A stretch of 64,000 nt of DNA from Eledone cirrhosa. Taxonomy: Eukaryota. Position numbers and translations under genes: made by a program. Location: positions 372,806,001-372,870,000 of the forward strand of contig OZ024742.1 in NCBI GenBank assembly GCA_964016885.1. Reading direction: 5' to 3'. How positions within the stretch are numbered: position 1 is the first letter of the stretch; each line of letters opens with the position of its first letter. Below the pieces are notes generated by a model. The model worked only from the letters and a program-made list of their open reading frames with translations, was not told the DNA's origin and did no database searches. Of this stretch, positions 30,291 to 45,660 are shown in pieces.

Positions 30291-33200
30291 AAACTGTAAA
30301 TCCCTTTCCATATAAACTGTAAATCTCATTCTATATAAGCTGTAAATCTCATTCTATAAACTGTACATCTCTTTCTATATAAACTGTAAATCCCATTCTA
30401 TATAAACTGTATATATCATTCTATAAACTGTAAATCTCATTCTATATACTGTAAATCTCTTTCTATATAAACTGTAAATCTAATTCTATATTAACTGTAA
30501 ATCTGATTCTATAAACTGTAAATCTCTTTCTATATAAACTGTAAATCTCACTCTATATAAACTGTAAATCTCTTTCTATATAAACTGTAAATCTCGTTCT
30601 ATATAAGCTGTAAATCTCATTCTATAAACTGTAAATCTCTTTCTATATAAACTGTAAATCCCATTCTATATAAACTGTATATATCATTATATAAACTGTA
30701 AATCACATTCTATAAACTGTAAATCTCTTTCTATATAAACTGTAAATCTCATTCTATATAAACTGTAAATCTATTTCTATATGAACTGTAAATCTCATTC
30801 TATATAAATTGTAAATCTCATTCTATAAACTGTAAATCCCTTTCCATATAAACTGTAAATCTCATTCTATATAAGCTGTAAATCTCATTCTATAAATTGT
30901 ACATCTCTTTCTATATAAACTGTAAATCCCATTCTATATAAACTGTATATATCATCCTATAAACTGTAAATCTCATTCTATATACTGTAAATCTCTTTCT
31001 ATATAAACTGTAAATCTAATTCTATATTAACTGTAAATCTGATTCTATAAACTGTAAATCTCTTTCTATATAAACTGTAAATCTCACTCTATATAAACTG
31101 TAAATCTCTTTCTATATAAACTGTAAATCTCGTTCTATATAAGCTGTAAATCTCATTCTATAAACTGTAAATCTCTTTCTATATAAACTGTAAATCCCAT
31201 TCTATATAAACTGTATATATCATTCTATAAACTGTAAATCACATTCTATAAACTGTAAATCTCTTTCTATATAAACTGTAAATCTCATTCTATATAAACT
31301 GTAAATCTATTTCTATATGAACTGTAAATCTCATTCTATATAAATTGTAAATCTCATTCTATAAACTGTGAATCTCATTCTATATAAACTGTAAATCTCA
31401 TTCTATAAACTGTAAATCTCATTCTATGAACTGTAAATCTCTTTCTATATAAACTGTAAATCTCATTCTATATAAACTGTAAATCTCTTTCTATATAAAC
31501 TGTAAATTTCATTCTATAAACTGTAAATCTCTTTCTATATAAACTGTAAATCTCATTCTATATAAACTGTAAATCTCATTCTATATAAACTGTAAATCTC
31601 ATTCTATAAACTGTAAATCTCTTTCTATATAAACTGTAAATCTCTTTCTATATGAACTGTAAATTTCTTTCTATATAAACTGTAAATCTCATTCTATATA
31701 AGCTGTAAATCTCATTTTATGAACTGTAAATATCTTTCTATATAAACTGTAAATCTCATTCTACATAAACTGTAAATCTCATTCTATAAACTGTAAATCT
31801 CTTTCTATATAAACTGTAAATCTCATTCTATATAAACTGTAAATCTCTTTCTATATAAACTGTAAATTTCATTCTATAAACTGTAAATCTCTTTCTATAT
31901 AAACTGTAAATCTCATTCTATATAAACTGTAAATCTCATTCTATATAAGCTGTAAATCTCATTCTATTAACTGTAAATCTCTTTCTATATAAACTGTAAA
32001 TCTCATTCTATATAAACTGTATATATCATTCTATAAACTGTAAATCTCAGTCTATAAACTGTAAATCTCTTTCTCTATAAACTGTAAATCTCTTTCTATA
32101 TGAACTGTAAATCTCTTTCTATATAAACTGTAAATCTCATTCTATGTAAGCTGTAAATCTCATTCTATGAACTGTAAATCTCTTTCTATATAAACTGTAA
32201 ATCTCATTCTATATAAACTGTAAATCTCATTCTATGAACTGTAAATCTCTTTCTATATAAACTGTAAATCTCATTCTATATAAACTGTAAATTTCATTCT
32301 ATAAACTGTAAATCTCTTTCTATATAAACTGTAAATCTCATTCTATATAAACTGTAAATCTCTTTCTATATAAACTGTAAATCTCATTCTATATAAACTG
32401 TGAATCTCATTCTATAAACTGTAAATCTCTTTCTATATAAACTGTAAATATCATTCTATATACACTGTAAATCTCTTTCTATATAAACTGTAAATCCCAT
32501 TCTATATAAACTGTATATATCATTCTATAAACTGTAAATCACATTCTATAAACTGTAAATCTCTTTCTATATAAACTGTAAATCTCATTCTATATAAACT
32601 GTAGATCTCTTTCTATATGAACTGTAAATCTCATTCTATATAACTTGTAAATCTCATTCTATAAACTGTGAATCTCATTCTATATAAACTGTAAGTCTCA
32701 TTCTATAAACTGCAAATCTCATTCTATGAACTGTAAACCTCTTTCTATATAAACTGTAAATCTCATTCTATATAAAATGTAAATCTCATTCTATAAACTG
32801 TAAATCTCTTTCTGTATAAACTGTAAATCTCATTCTATATAAACTGTAAATCTCTTTCTATATAAACTGTAAATTTCATTCTATAAACTGTAAATCTCTT
32901 TCTATATAAACTGTAAATCTAATTCTATATAAACTGTAAATCTCTTTCTATATAAACTGTAAATCTCATTCTATATAAACTGTGAATCTCATTCTATAAG
33001 CTGTAAATCTCTTTCTATATAAACTGTAAATCTGATTCTATATACACTGTAAATCTCTTTCTATATAAACTGTAAATCTCATTCTATATAAACTGTAAAT
33101 CTCATTCTATAAACTGTAAATCCCTTTCCATATAAACTGTAAATCTCATTCTATATAAGCTGTAAATCTCATTCTATAAACTGTACATCTCTTTCTATAT

Positions 33201-33650
33201 AAACTGTAAATCCCATTCTATATAAACTGTATATATCATTCTATAAACTGTAAATCTCATTCTATATACTGTAAATCTCTTTCTATATAAACTGTAAATC
33301 TAATTCTATATTAACTGTAAATCTGATTCTATAAACTGTAAATCTCTTTCTATATAAACTGTAAATCTCACTCTATATAAACTGTAAATCTCTTTCTATA
33401 TAAACTGTAAATCTCGTTCTATATAAGCTGTAAATCTCATTCTATAAACTGTAAATCTCTTTCTATATAAACTGTAAATCCCATTCTATATAAACTGTAT
33501 ATATCATTATATAAACTGTAAATCACATTCTATAAACTGTAAATCTCTTTCTATATAAACTGTAAATCTCATTCTATATAAACTGTAAATCTATTTCTAT
33601 ATGAACTGTAAATCTCATTCTATATAAATTGTAAATCTCATTCTATAAAC
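28030..33650. repeat. Tandem duplication with a ~2.8 kb unit (2797/2820 bp)
   Basis: ccctttccat 28041/30838, cattttatg (G at 28924/31721) and tgtagatc (G at 29807/32604) give offset 2797. After a one-monomer indel, tctgattctatatacac 30211/33031 gives offset 2820. Confidence 0.85.
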
Positions 33651-36600
33651 TGTGAATCTCATTCTATATAAACTGTAAATCTCATTCTATAAACTGTAAA
33701 TCTCATTCTATGAACTGTAAATCTCTTTCTATATGAACTGTAAATCTCATTCTATATAAACTGTAAATCTCATTCTATAAACTGTAAATCTCTTTCTGTA
33801 TAAACTGTAAATCTCATTCTATATAAACTGTAAATCTCTTTCTATATAAACTGTAAATTTCATTCTATAAACTGTAAATCTCATTCTATATAAACTGTAA
33901 ATCTCATTCTATAAACTGTAAATCTCTTTCTATATAAACTGTAAATCTCATTCTATATAAACTGTAAATCTCTTTCTATATAAACTGTAAATTTCATTCT
34001 ATAAACTGTAAAGCTCTTTCTATATAAACTGTAAATCTCATTCTATATAAACTGTAAATCTCATTCTATATAAGCTGTAAATCTCATTCTATTAACTGTA
34101 AATCTCTTTCTATATAAACTGTAAATCTCATTCTATATAAACTGTATATATCATTCTATAAACTGTAAATCTCAGTCTATAAACTGTAAATCTCTTTCTC
34201 TATAAACTGTAAATCTCTTTCTATATGAACTGTAAATCTCTTTCTATATAAACTGTAAATCTCATTCTATGTAAGCTGTAAATCTCATTCTATGAACTGT
34301 AAATCTCTTTCTATATAAACTGTAAATCTCATTCTATATAAACTGTAAATCTCATTCTATGAACTGTAAATCTCTTTCTATATAAACTGTAAATCTCATT
34401 CTATATAAACTGTAAATTTCATTCTATAAACTGTAAATCTCTTTCTATATAAACTGTAAATCTCATTCTATATAAACTGTAAATCTCTTTCTATATAAAC
34501 TGTAAATCTCATTCTATATAAACTGTGAATCTCATTCTATAAACTGTAAATCTCTTTCTATATAAACTGTAAATATCATTCTATATACACTGTAAATCTC
34601 TTTCTATATAAACTGTAAATCCCATTCTATATAAACTGTATATATCATTCTATAAACTGTAAATCACATTCTATAAACTGTAAATCTCTTTCTATATGAA
34701 CTGTAAATCTCATTCTATATAACTTGTAAATCTCATTCTATAAACTGTGAATCTCATTCTATATAAACTGTAAGTCTCATTCTATAAACTGCAAATCTCA
34801 TTCTATGAACTGTAAATCTCTTTCTATATAAACTGTAAATCTCATTCTATATAAAATGTAAATCTCATTCTATAAACTGTAAATCTCTTTCTGTATAAAC
34901 TGTAAATCTCATTCTATATAAACTGTAAATCTCTTTCTATATAAACTGTAAATTTCATTCTATAAACTGTAAATCTCTTTCTATATAAACTGTAAATCTA
35001 ATTCTATATAAACTGTAAATCTCTTTCTATATAAACTGTAAATCTCATTCTATATAAACTGTGAATCTCATTCTATAAGCTGTAAATCTCTTTCTATATA
35101 AACTGTAAATCTCATTCTATATACACTGTAAATCTCTTTCTATATAAACTGTAAATCTCATTCTATATAAAATGTAAATCTCATTCTATAAACTGTAAAT
35201 CCCTTTCCATATAAACTGTAAATCTCATTCTATATAAGCTGTAAATCTCATTCTATAAATTGTACATCTCTTTCTATATAAACTGTAAATCCCATTCTAT
35301 ATAAACTGTATATATCATTCTATAAACTGTAAATCTCATTCTATATACTGTAAATCTCTTTCTATATAAACTGTAAATCTAATTCTATATTAACTGTAAA
35401 TCTGATTCTATAAACTGTAAATCTCTTTCTATATAAACTGTAAATCTCACTCTATATAAACTGTAAATCTCTTTCAATATAAACTGTAAATCTCGTTCTA
35501 TATAAGCTGTAAATCTCATTCTATAAACTGTAAATCTCTTTCTATATAAACTGTAAATCCCATTCTATATAAACTGTATATATCATTCTATAAACTGTAA
35601 ATCACATTCTATAAACTGTAAATCTCTTTCTATATAAACTGTAAATCTCATTCTATATAAACTGTAAATCTATTTCTATATGAACTGTAAATCTCATTCT
35701 ATATAAATTGTAAATCTCATTCTATAAACTGTGAATCTCATTCTATATAAACTGTAAATCTCATTCTATAAACTGTAAATCTCATTCTATGAACTGTAAA
35801 TCTCTTTCTATATAAACTGTAAATCTCATTCTGTATAAACTGTAAATCTCTTTCTATATAAACTGTAAATTTCATTCTATAAACTGTAAATCTCTTTCTA
35901 TATAAACTGTAAATCTCATTCTATATAAACTGTAAATCTCATTCTATATAAACTGTAAATCTCATTCTATAAACTGTAAATCTCTTTCTATATAAACTGT
36001 AAATCTCTTTCTATATGAACTGTAAATTTCTTTCTATATAAACTGTAAATCTCATTCTATATAAGCTGTAAATCTCATTTTATGAACTGTAAATATCTTT
36101 CTATATAAACTGTAAATCTCATTCTACATAAACTGTAAATCTCATTCTATAAACTGTAAATCTCTTTCTATATAAACTGTAAATCTCTTTCTATATGAAC
36201 TGTAAATTTCTTTCTATATAAACTGTAAATCTCATTCTATATAAGCTGTAAATCTCATTCTATGAACTGTAAATATCTTTCTATATAAACTGTAAATCTC
36301 ATTCTACATAAACTGTAAATCTCATTCTATAAACTGTAAATCTCTTTCTATATAAACTGTAAATCTCATTCTATATAAACTGTAAATCTCTTTCTATATA
36401 AACTGTAAATTTCATTCTATAAACTGTAAATCTCTTTGTATATAAACTGTAAATCTCATTCTATATAAACTGTAAATCTCATTCTATATAAGCTGTAAAT
36501 CTCATTCTATTAACTGTAAATCTCTTTCTATATAAACTGTAAATCTCATTCTATATAAACTGTATATATCATTCTATAAACTGTAAATCTCAGTCTATAA

Positions 36601-39600
36601 ACTGTAAATCTCTTTCTCTATAAACTGTAAATCTCTTTCTATATGAACTGTAAATCTCATTCTATATAAACTGTAAATCTCTTTCTATATAAACTGTAAA
36701 TCTCATTCTATATAAACTGTGAATCTCATTCTATATAAACTGTAAATCTCATTCTATAAACTGTAAATCTCTTTCTATATAAACTGTAAATCTCATTCTA
36801 TATAAGCTGTAAATCTCATTCTATTAACTGTAAATCTCTTTCTATATAAACTGTAAATCTCATTCTATATAAACTGTATATATCATTCTATAAAGTGTAA
36901 ATCTCAGTCTATAAACTGTAAATCTCTTTCTATATAAACTGTAAATCTCTTTCTATATGAACTGTAATTCTCTTTCTATATAAACTGTAAATCTCATTCT
37001 ATATAAGCTGTAAATCTCATTCTATGAACTGTAAATCTCTTTCTATATAAACTGTAAATCTCATTCTACATAAACTGTAAATCTCATTCTATAAACTGTA
37101 AATCTCTTTCTATATAAACTGTAAATCTCATTCTATATAAACTGTAAATCTCTTTCTATATTAACTGTAAATTTCATTCTATAAACTGTAAATCTCTTTC
37201 TATATAAACTGTAAATCTCATTCTATATAAACTGTAAATCTCATTCTATATCAACTGTAAATCTCATTCTATAAACTGTAAATCTCTTTCTATATAAACT
37301 GTAAATCTCTTTCTATATGAACTGTAAATTTCTTTCTATATAAACTGTAAATCTCATTCTATATAAGCTGTAAATCTCATTCTATGAACTGTAAATATCT
37401 TTCTATATAAACTGTAAATCTCATTCTACATAAACTGTAAATCTCATTCTATAAACTGTAAATCTCTTTCTATATAAACTGTAAATCTCATTCTATATAA
37501 ACTGTAAATCTCTTTCTATATAAACTGTAAATTTCATTCTATAAACTGTAAATCTCTTTCTATATAAACTGTAAATCTCATTCTATATAAACTGTAAATC
37601 TCATTCTATATAAGCTGTAAATCTCATTCTATTAACTGTAAATCTCTTTCTATATAAACTGTAAATCTCATTCTATATAAACTGTATATATCATTCTATA
37701 AACTGTAAATCTCAGTCTATAAACTGTAAATCTCTTTCTCTATAAACTGTAAATCTCTTTCTATATGAACTGTAAATCTCTTTCTATATAAACTGTAAAT
37801 CTCATTCTATGTAAGCTGTAAATCTCATTCTATGAACTGTAAATCTCTTTCTATATAAACTGTAAATCTCATTCTATATAAACTGTAAATCTCATTCTAT
37901 GAACTGTAAATCTCTTTCTATATAAACTGTAAATCTCATTCTATATAAACTGTAAATTTCATTCTATAAACTGTAAATCTCTTTCTATATAAACTGTAAA
38001 TCTCATTCTATATAAACTGTAAATCTCTTTCTATATAAACTGTAAATCTCATTCTATATAAACTGTGAATCTCATTCTATAAACTGTAAATCTCTTTCTA
38101 TATAAACTGTAAATATCATTCTATATACACTGTAAATCTCTTTCTATATAAACTGTAAATCCCATTCTATATAAACTGTATATATCATTCTATAAACTGT
38201 AAATCACATTCTATAAACTGTAAATCTCTTTCTATATGAACTGTAAATCTCATTCTATATAACTTGTAAATCTCATTCTATAAACTGTGAATCTCATTCT
38301 ATATAAACTGTAAGTCTCATTCTATAAACTGCAAATCTCATTCTATGAACTGTAAATCTCTTTCTATATAAACTGTAAATCTCATTCTATATAAAATGTA
38401 AATCTCATTCTATAAACTGTAAATCTCTTTCTGTATAAACTGTAAATCTCATTCTATATAAACTGTAAATCTCTTTCTATATAAACTGTAAATTTCATTC
38501 TATAAACTGTAAATCTCTTTCTATATAAACTGTAAATCTAATTCTATATAAACTGTAAATCTCTTTCTATATAAACTGTAAATCTCATTCTATATAAACT
38601 GTGAATCTCATTCTATAAGCTGTAAATCTCTTTCTATATAAACTGTAAATCTCATTCTATATACACTGTAAATCTCTTTCTATATAAACTGTAAATCTCA
38701 TTCTATATAAAATGTAAATCTCATTCTATAAACTGTAAATCCCTTTCCATATAAACTGTAAATCTCATTCTATATAAGCTGTAAATCTCATTCTATAAAT
38801 TGTACATCTCTTTCTATATTAACTGTAAATCCCATTCTATATAAACTGTATATATCATTCTATAAACTGTAAATCTCATTCTATATACTGTAAATCTCTT
38901 TCTATATAAACTGTAAATCTAATTCTATATTAACTGTAAATCTGAGTCTATAAACTGTAAATCTCTTTCTATATAAACTGTAAATCTCACTCTATATAAA
39001 CTGTAAATCTCTTTCAATATAAACTGTAAATCTCGTTCTATATAAGCTGTAAATCTCATTCTATAAACTGTAAATCTCTTTCTATATAAACTGTAAATCC
39101 CATTCTATATAAACTGTATATATCATTCTATAAACTGTAAATCACATTCTATAAACTGTAAATCTCTTTCTATATAAACTGTAAATCTCATTCTATATAA
39201 ACTGTAAATCTATTTCTATATGAACTGTAAATCTCATTCTATATAAATTGTAAATCTCATTCTATAAACTGTGAATCTCATTCTATATAAACTGTAAATC
39301 TCATTCTATAAACTGTAAATCTCATTCTATGAACTGTAAATCTCTTTCTATATAAACTGTAAATCTCATTCTATATAAACTGTAAATCTCTTTCTATATA
39401 AACTGTAAATTTCATTCTATAAACTGTAAATCTCTTTCTATATAAACTGTAAATCTCATTCTATATAAACTGTAAATCTCATTCTATATAAACTGTAAAT
39501 CTCATTCTATAAACTGTAAATCTCTTTCTATATAAACTGTAAATCTCTTTCTATATGAACTGTAAATTTCTTTCTATATAAACTGTAAATCTCATTCTAT

Positions 39601-40749
39601 ATAAGCTGTAAATCTCATTTTATGAACTGTAAATATCTTTCTATATAAACTGTAAATCTCATTCTACATAAACTGTAAATCTCATTCTATAAACTGTAAA
39701 TCTCTTTCTATATAAACTGTAAATCTCATTCTATATAAACTGTAAATCTCTTTCTATATAAACTGTAAATTTCATTCTATAAACTGTAAATCTCTTTCTA
39801 TATAAACTGTAAATCTCATTCTATATAAACTGTAAATCTCATTCTATATAAGCTGTAAATCTCATTCTATTAACTGTAAATCTCTTTCTATATAAACTGT
39901 AAATCTCATTCTATATAAACTGTATATATCATTCTATAAACTGTAAATCTCAGTCTATAAACTGTAAATCTCTTTCTCTATAAACTGTAAATCTCTTTCT
40001 ATATGAACTGTAAATCTCTTTCTATATAAACTGTAAATCTCATTCTATGTAAGCTGTAAATCTCATTCTATGAACTGTAAATCTCTTTCTATATAAACTG
40101 TAAATCTCATTCTATATAAACTGTAAATCTCATTCTATGAACTGTAAATCTCTTTCTATATAAACTGTAAATCTCATTCTATATAAACTGTAAATTTCAT
40201 TCTATAAACTGTAAATCTCTTTCTATATAAACTGTAAATCTCATTCTATATAAACTGTAAATCTCTTTCTATATAAACTGTAAATCTCATTCTATATAAA
40301 CTGTGAATCTCATTCTATAAACTGTAAATCTCTTTCTATATAAACTGTAAATATCATTCTATATACACTGTAAATCTCTTTCTATATAAACTGTAAATCC
40401 CATTCTATATAAACTGTATATATCATTCTATAAACTGTAAATCACATTCTATAAACTGTAAATCTCTTTCTATATAAACTGTAAATCTCATTCTATATAA
40501 ACTGTAGATCTCTTTCTATATGAACTGTAAATCTCATTCTATATAACTTGTAAATCTCATTCTATAAACTGTGAATCTCATTCTATATAAACTGTAAGTC
40601 TCATTCTATAAACTGCAAATCTCATTCTATGAACTGTAAATCTCTTTCTATATAAACTGTACATCTCATTCTATATAAAATGTAAATCTCATTCTATAAA
40701 CTGTAAATCTCTTTCTGTATAAACTGTAAATCTCATTCTATATAAACTG

Positions 40750-43700
40750 TAAATCTCTTTCTATATAAACTGTAAATTTCATTCTATAAACTGTAAATCT
40801 AATTCTATATAAACTGTAAATCTCTTTCTATATAAACTGTAAATCTCATTCTATATAAACTGTGAATCTCATTCTATAAGCTGTAAATCTCTTTCTATAT
40901 AAACTGTAAATCTGATTCTATATACACTGTAAATCTCTTTCTATATAAACTGTAAATCTCATTCTATATAAACTGTAAATCTCATTCTATATAAACTGTA
41001 AATCTCATTCTATAAACTGTAAATCTCTTTCTATATAAACTGTAAATCTCTTTCTATATGAACTGTAAATTTCTTTCTATATAAACTGTAAATCTCATTC
41101 TATATAAGCTGTAAATCTCATTCTATGAACTGTAAATATCTTTCTATATAAACTGTAAATCTCATTCTACATAAACTGTAAATCTCATTCTATAAACTGT
41201 AAATCTCTTTCTATATAAACTGTAAATCTCATTCTATATAAACTGTAAATCTCTTTATATAAACTGTAAATTTCATTCTATACACTGTAAATCTCATTCT
41301 ATATAAACTGTAAATATCATTCTATATAAGCTGTAAATCTCATTCTATTAACTGTAAATCTCTTTCTATATAAACTGTAAATCTCATTCTATATAAACTG
41401 TATATATCATTCTATAAACTGTAAATCTCAGTCTATAAACTGTAAATCTCTTTCTCTATAAACTGTAAATCTCTTTCTATATGAACTGTAAATCTCATTC
41501 TATATAAACTCTATATATCATTCTATAAACTGTAAATCTCAGTCTATACTCTGTAAATCTCTTTCTATATAAACTGTAAATCTCTTTCTATATGAACTGT
41601 AAATCTCTTTCTATATAAACTGTAAATCTCATTCTATATAAGCTGTAAATCTCATTCTATGAACTGTAAATCTCTTTCTATATAAACTGTAAATCTCATT
41701 CTATATAAACTGTAAATCTCATTCTATAAACTGTAAATCTCTTTCTATATAAACTGTAAATCTCATTCTATATAAACTGTAAATCTCTTTCTATATAAAC
41801 TGTAAATTTTATTCTATAAACTGTAAATCTCTTTCTATATAAACTGTAAATCTCATTCTATATAAACTGTAAATCTCTTTCTATATAAACTGTAAATCTC
41901 ATTCTATAAACTGTAAATCTCTTTCTATATAAACTGTAAATCTCATTCTATATAAGCTGTAAATCTCATTCTATTAACTGTAAATCTCTTTCTATATAAA
42001 CTGTAAATCTCATTCTATATAAACTCTATATATCATTCTATAAACTGTAAATCTCAGTCTATAAACTGTAAATCTCTTTCTATATAAACTGTAAATCTCT
42101 TTCTATATGAACTGTAAATCTCCTTCTATATAAACTGTAAATCTCATTCTATGTAAGCTGTAAATCTCATTCTATGAACTGGAAATCTCTTTCTATATAA
42201 ACTGTAAATCTCATTCTATGTAAACTGTAACTCTCATTCTATATAAACTGTAAATCTCTTTCTATATAAACTGTAAATCTCATTCTATATAAACTGTAAA
42301 TCTCTTTCTATATGAACTGTAAATTTCTTTCTATATAAACTGTAAATCTCATTCTATATAAGCTGTAAATCTCATTCTATGAACTGTAAATATCTTTCTA
42401 TATAAACTGTAAATCTCATTCTACATAAACTGTAAATCTCATTCTATAAACTGTAAATCTCTTTCTATATAAACTGTAAATCTCATTCTATATAAACTGT
42501 AAATCTCTTTATATAAACTGTAAATTTCATTCTATACACTGTAAATCTCATTCTATATAAACTGTAAATATCATTCTATATAAGCTGTAAATCTCATTCT
42601 ATTAACTGTAAATCTCTTTCTATATAAACTGTAAATCTCATTCTATATAAACTGTATATATCATTCTATAAACTGTAAATCTCAGTCTATAAACTGTAAA
42701 TCTCTTTCTCTATAAACTGTAAATCTCTTTCTATATGAACTGTAAATCTCATTCTATATAAACTCTATATATCATTCTATAAACTGTAAATCTCAGTCTA
42801 TACTCTGTAAATCTCTTTCTATATAAACTGTAAATCTCTTTCTATATAAACTGTAAATTTCATTCTATAAACTGTAAATCTAATTCTATATAAACTGTAA
42901 ATCTCTTTCTATATAAACTGTAAATCTCATTCTATATAAACTGTGAATCTCATTCTATAAGCTGTAAATCTCTTTCTATATAAACTGTAAATCTGATTCT
43001 ATATACACTGTAAATCTCTTTCTATATAAACTGTAAATCTCATTCTATATAAACTGTAAATCTCATTCTATATAAACTGTAAATCTCATTCTATAAACTG
43101 TAAATCTCTTTCTATATAAACTGTAAATCTCTTTCTATATGAACTGTAAATTTCTTTCTATATAAACTGTAAATCTCATTCTATATAAGCTGTAAATCTC
43201 ATTCTATGAACTGTAAATATCTTTCTATATAAACTGTAAATCTCATTCTACATAAACTGTAAATCTCATTCTATAAACTGTAAATCTCTTTCTATATAAA
43301 CTGTAAATCTCATTCTATATAAACTGTAAATCTCTTTATATAAACTGTAAATTTCATTCTATACACTGTAAATCTCATTCTATATAAACTGTAAATATCA
43401 TTCTATATAAGCTGTAAATCTCATTCTATTAACTGTAAATCTCTTTCTATATAAACTGTAAATCTCATTCTATATAAACTGTATATATCATTCTATAAAC
43501 TGTAAATCTCAGTCTATAAACTGTAAATCTCTTTCTCTATAAACTGTAAATCTCTTTCTATATGAACTGTAAATCTCATTCTATATAAACTCTATATATC
43601 ATTCTATAAACTGTAAATCTCAGTCTATACTCTGTAAATCTCTTTCTATATAAACTGTAAATCTCTTTCTATATGAACTGTAAATCTCTTTCTATATAAA

Positions 43701-45660
43701 CTGTAAATCTCATTCTATATAAGCTGTAAATCTCATTCTATGAACTGTAAATCTCTTTCTATATAAACTGTAAATCTCATTCTATATAAACTGTAAATCT
43801 CATTCTATAAACTGTAAATCTCTTTCTATATAAACTGTAAATCTCATTCTATATAAACTGTAAATCTCTTTCTATATAAACTGTAAATTTTATTCTATAA
43901 ACTGTAAATCTCTTTCTATATAAACTGTAAATCTCATTCTATATAAACTGTAAATCTCTTTCTATATAAACTGTAAATCTCATTCTATAAACTGTAAATC
44001 TCTTTCTATATAAACTGTAAATCTCATTCTATATAAGCTGTAAATCTCATTCTATTAACTGTAAATCTCTTTCTATATAAACTGTAAATCTCATTCTATA
44101 TAAACTCTATATATCATTCTATAAACTGTAAATCTCAGTCTATAAACTGTAAATCTCTTTCTATATAAACTGTAAATCTCTTTCTATATGAACTGTAAAT
44201 CTCCTTCTATATAAACTGTAAATCTCATTCTATGTAAGCTGTAAATCTCATTCTATGAACTGGAAATCTCTTTCTATATAAACTGTAAATCTCATTCTAT
44301 GTAAACTGTAACTCTCATTCTATATAAACTGTAAATCTCTTTCTATATAAACTGTAAATCTCATTCTATATAAACTGTAAATCTCTTTCTATATGAACTG
44401 TAAATTTCTTTCTATATAAACTGTAAATCTCATTCTATATAAGCTGTAAATCTCATTCTATGAACTGTAAATATCTTTCTATATAAACTGTAAATCTCAT
44501 TCTACATAAACTGTAAATCTCATTCTATAAACTGTAAATCTCTTTCTATATAAACTGTAAATCTCATTCTATATAAACTGTAAATCTCTTTATATAAACT
44601 GTAAATTTCATTCTATACACTGTAAATCTCATTCTATATAAACTGTAAATATCATTCTATATAAGCTGTAAATCTCATTCTATTAACTGTAAATCTCTTT
44701 CTATATAAACTGTAAATCTCATTCTATATAAACTGTATATATCATTCTATAAACTGTAAATCTCAGTCTATAAACTGTAAATCTCTTTCTCTATAAACTG
44801 TAAATCTCTTTCTATATGAACTGTAAATCTCATTCTATATAAACTCTATATATCATTCTATAAACTGTAAATCTCAGTCTATACTCTGTAAATCTCTTTC
44901 TATATAAACTGTAAATCTCTTTCTATATGAACTGTAAATCTCTTTCTATATAAACTGTAAATCTCATTCTATATAAGCTGTAAATCTCATTCTATGAACT
45001 GTAAATCTCTTTCTATATAAACTGTAAATCTCATTCTATATAAACTGTAAATCTCATACTATAAACTGTAAATCTCTTTCTATATAAACTGTAAATCTCA
45101 TTCTATATAAACTGTAAATCTCTTTCTATATAAACTGTAAATTTTATTCTATAAACTGTAAATCTCTTTCTATATAAACTGTAAATCTCATTCTATATAA
45201 ACTGTAAATCTCTTTCTATATAAACTGTAAATCTCATTCTATAAACTGTAAATCTCTTTCTATATAAACTGTAAATCTCATTCTATATAAGCTGTAAATC
45301 TCATTCTATTAACTGTAAATCTCTTTCTATATAAACTGTAAATCTCATTCTATATAAACTCTATATATCATTCTATAAACTGTAAATCTCAGTCTATAAA
45401 CTGTAAATCTCTTTCTATATAAACTGTAAATCTCTTTCTATATGAACTGTAAATCTCCTTCTATATAAACTGTAAATCTCATTCTATGTAAGCTGTAAAT
45501 CTCATTCTATGAACTGGAAATCTCTTTCTATATAAACTGTAAATCTCATTCTATGTAAACTGTAACTCTCATTCTATATAAACTGTAAATCTCTTTCTAT
45601 ATAAACTGTAAATCTCATTCTATATAAACTGTAAATCTCTTTCTATATAAACTGTAAATC
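40750..45660. repeat. Nested 1,254-bp and 2,081-bp tandem duplications
   Basis: tttcattctatacac occurs at 41283, 42537, 43364 and 44618 (spacings 1254, 827, 1254). ctccttc occurs at 42122, 44203 and 45457 (spacings 2081, 1254). Confidence 0.87.
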
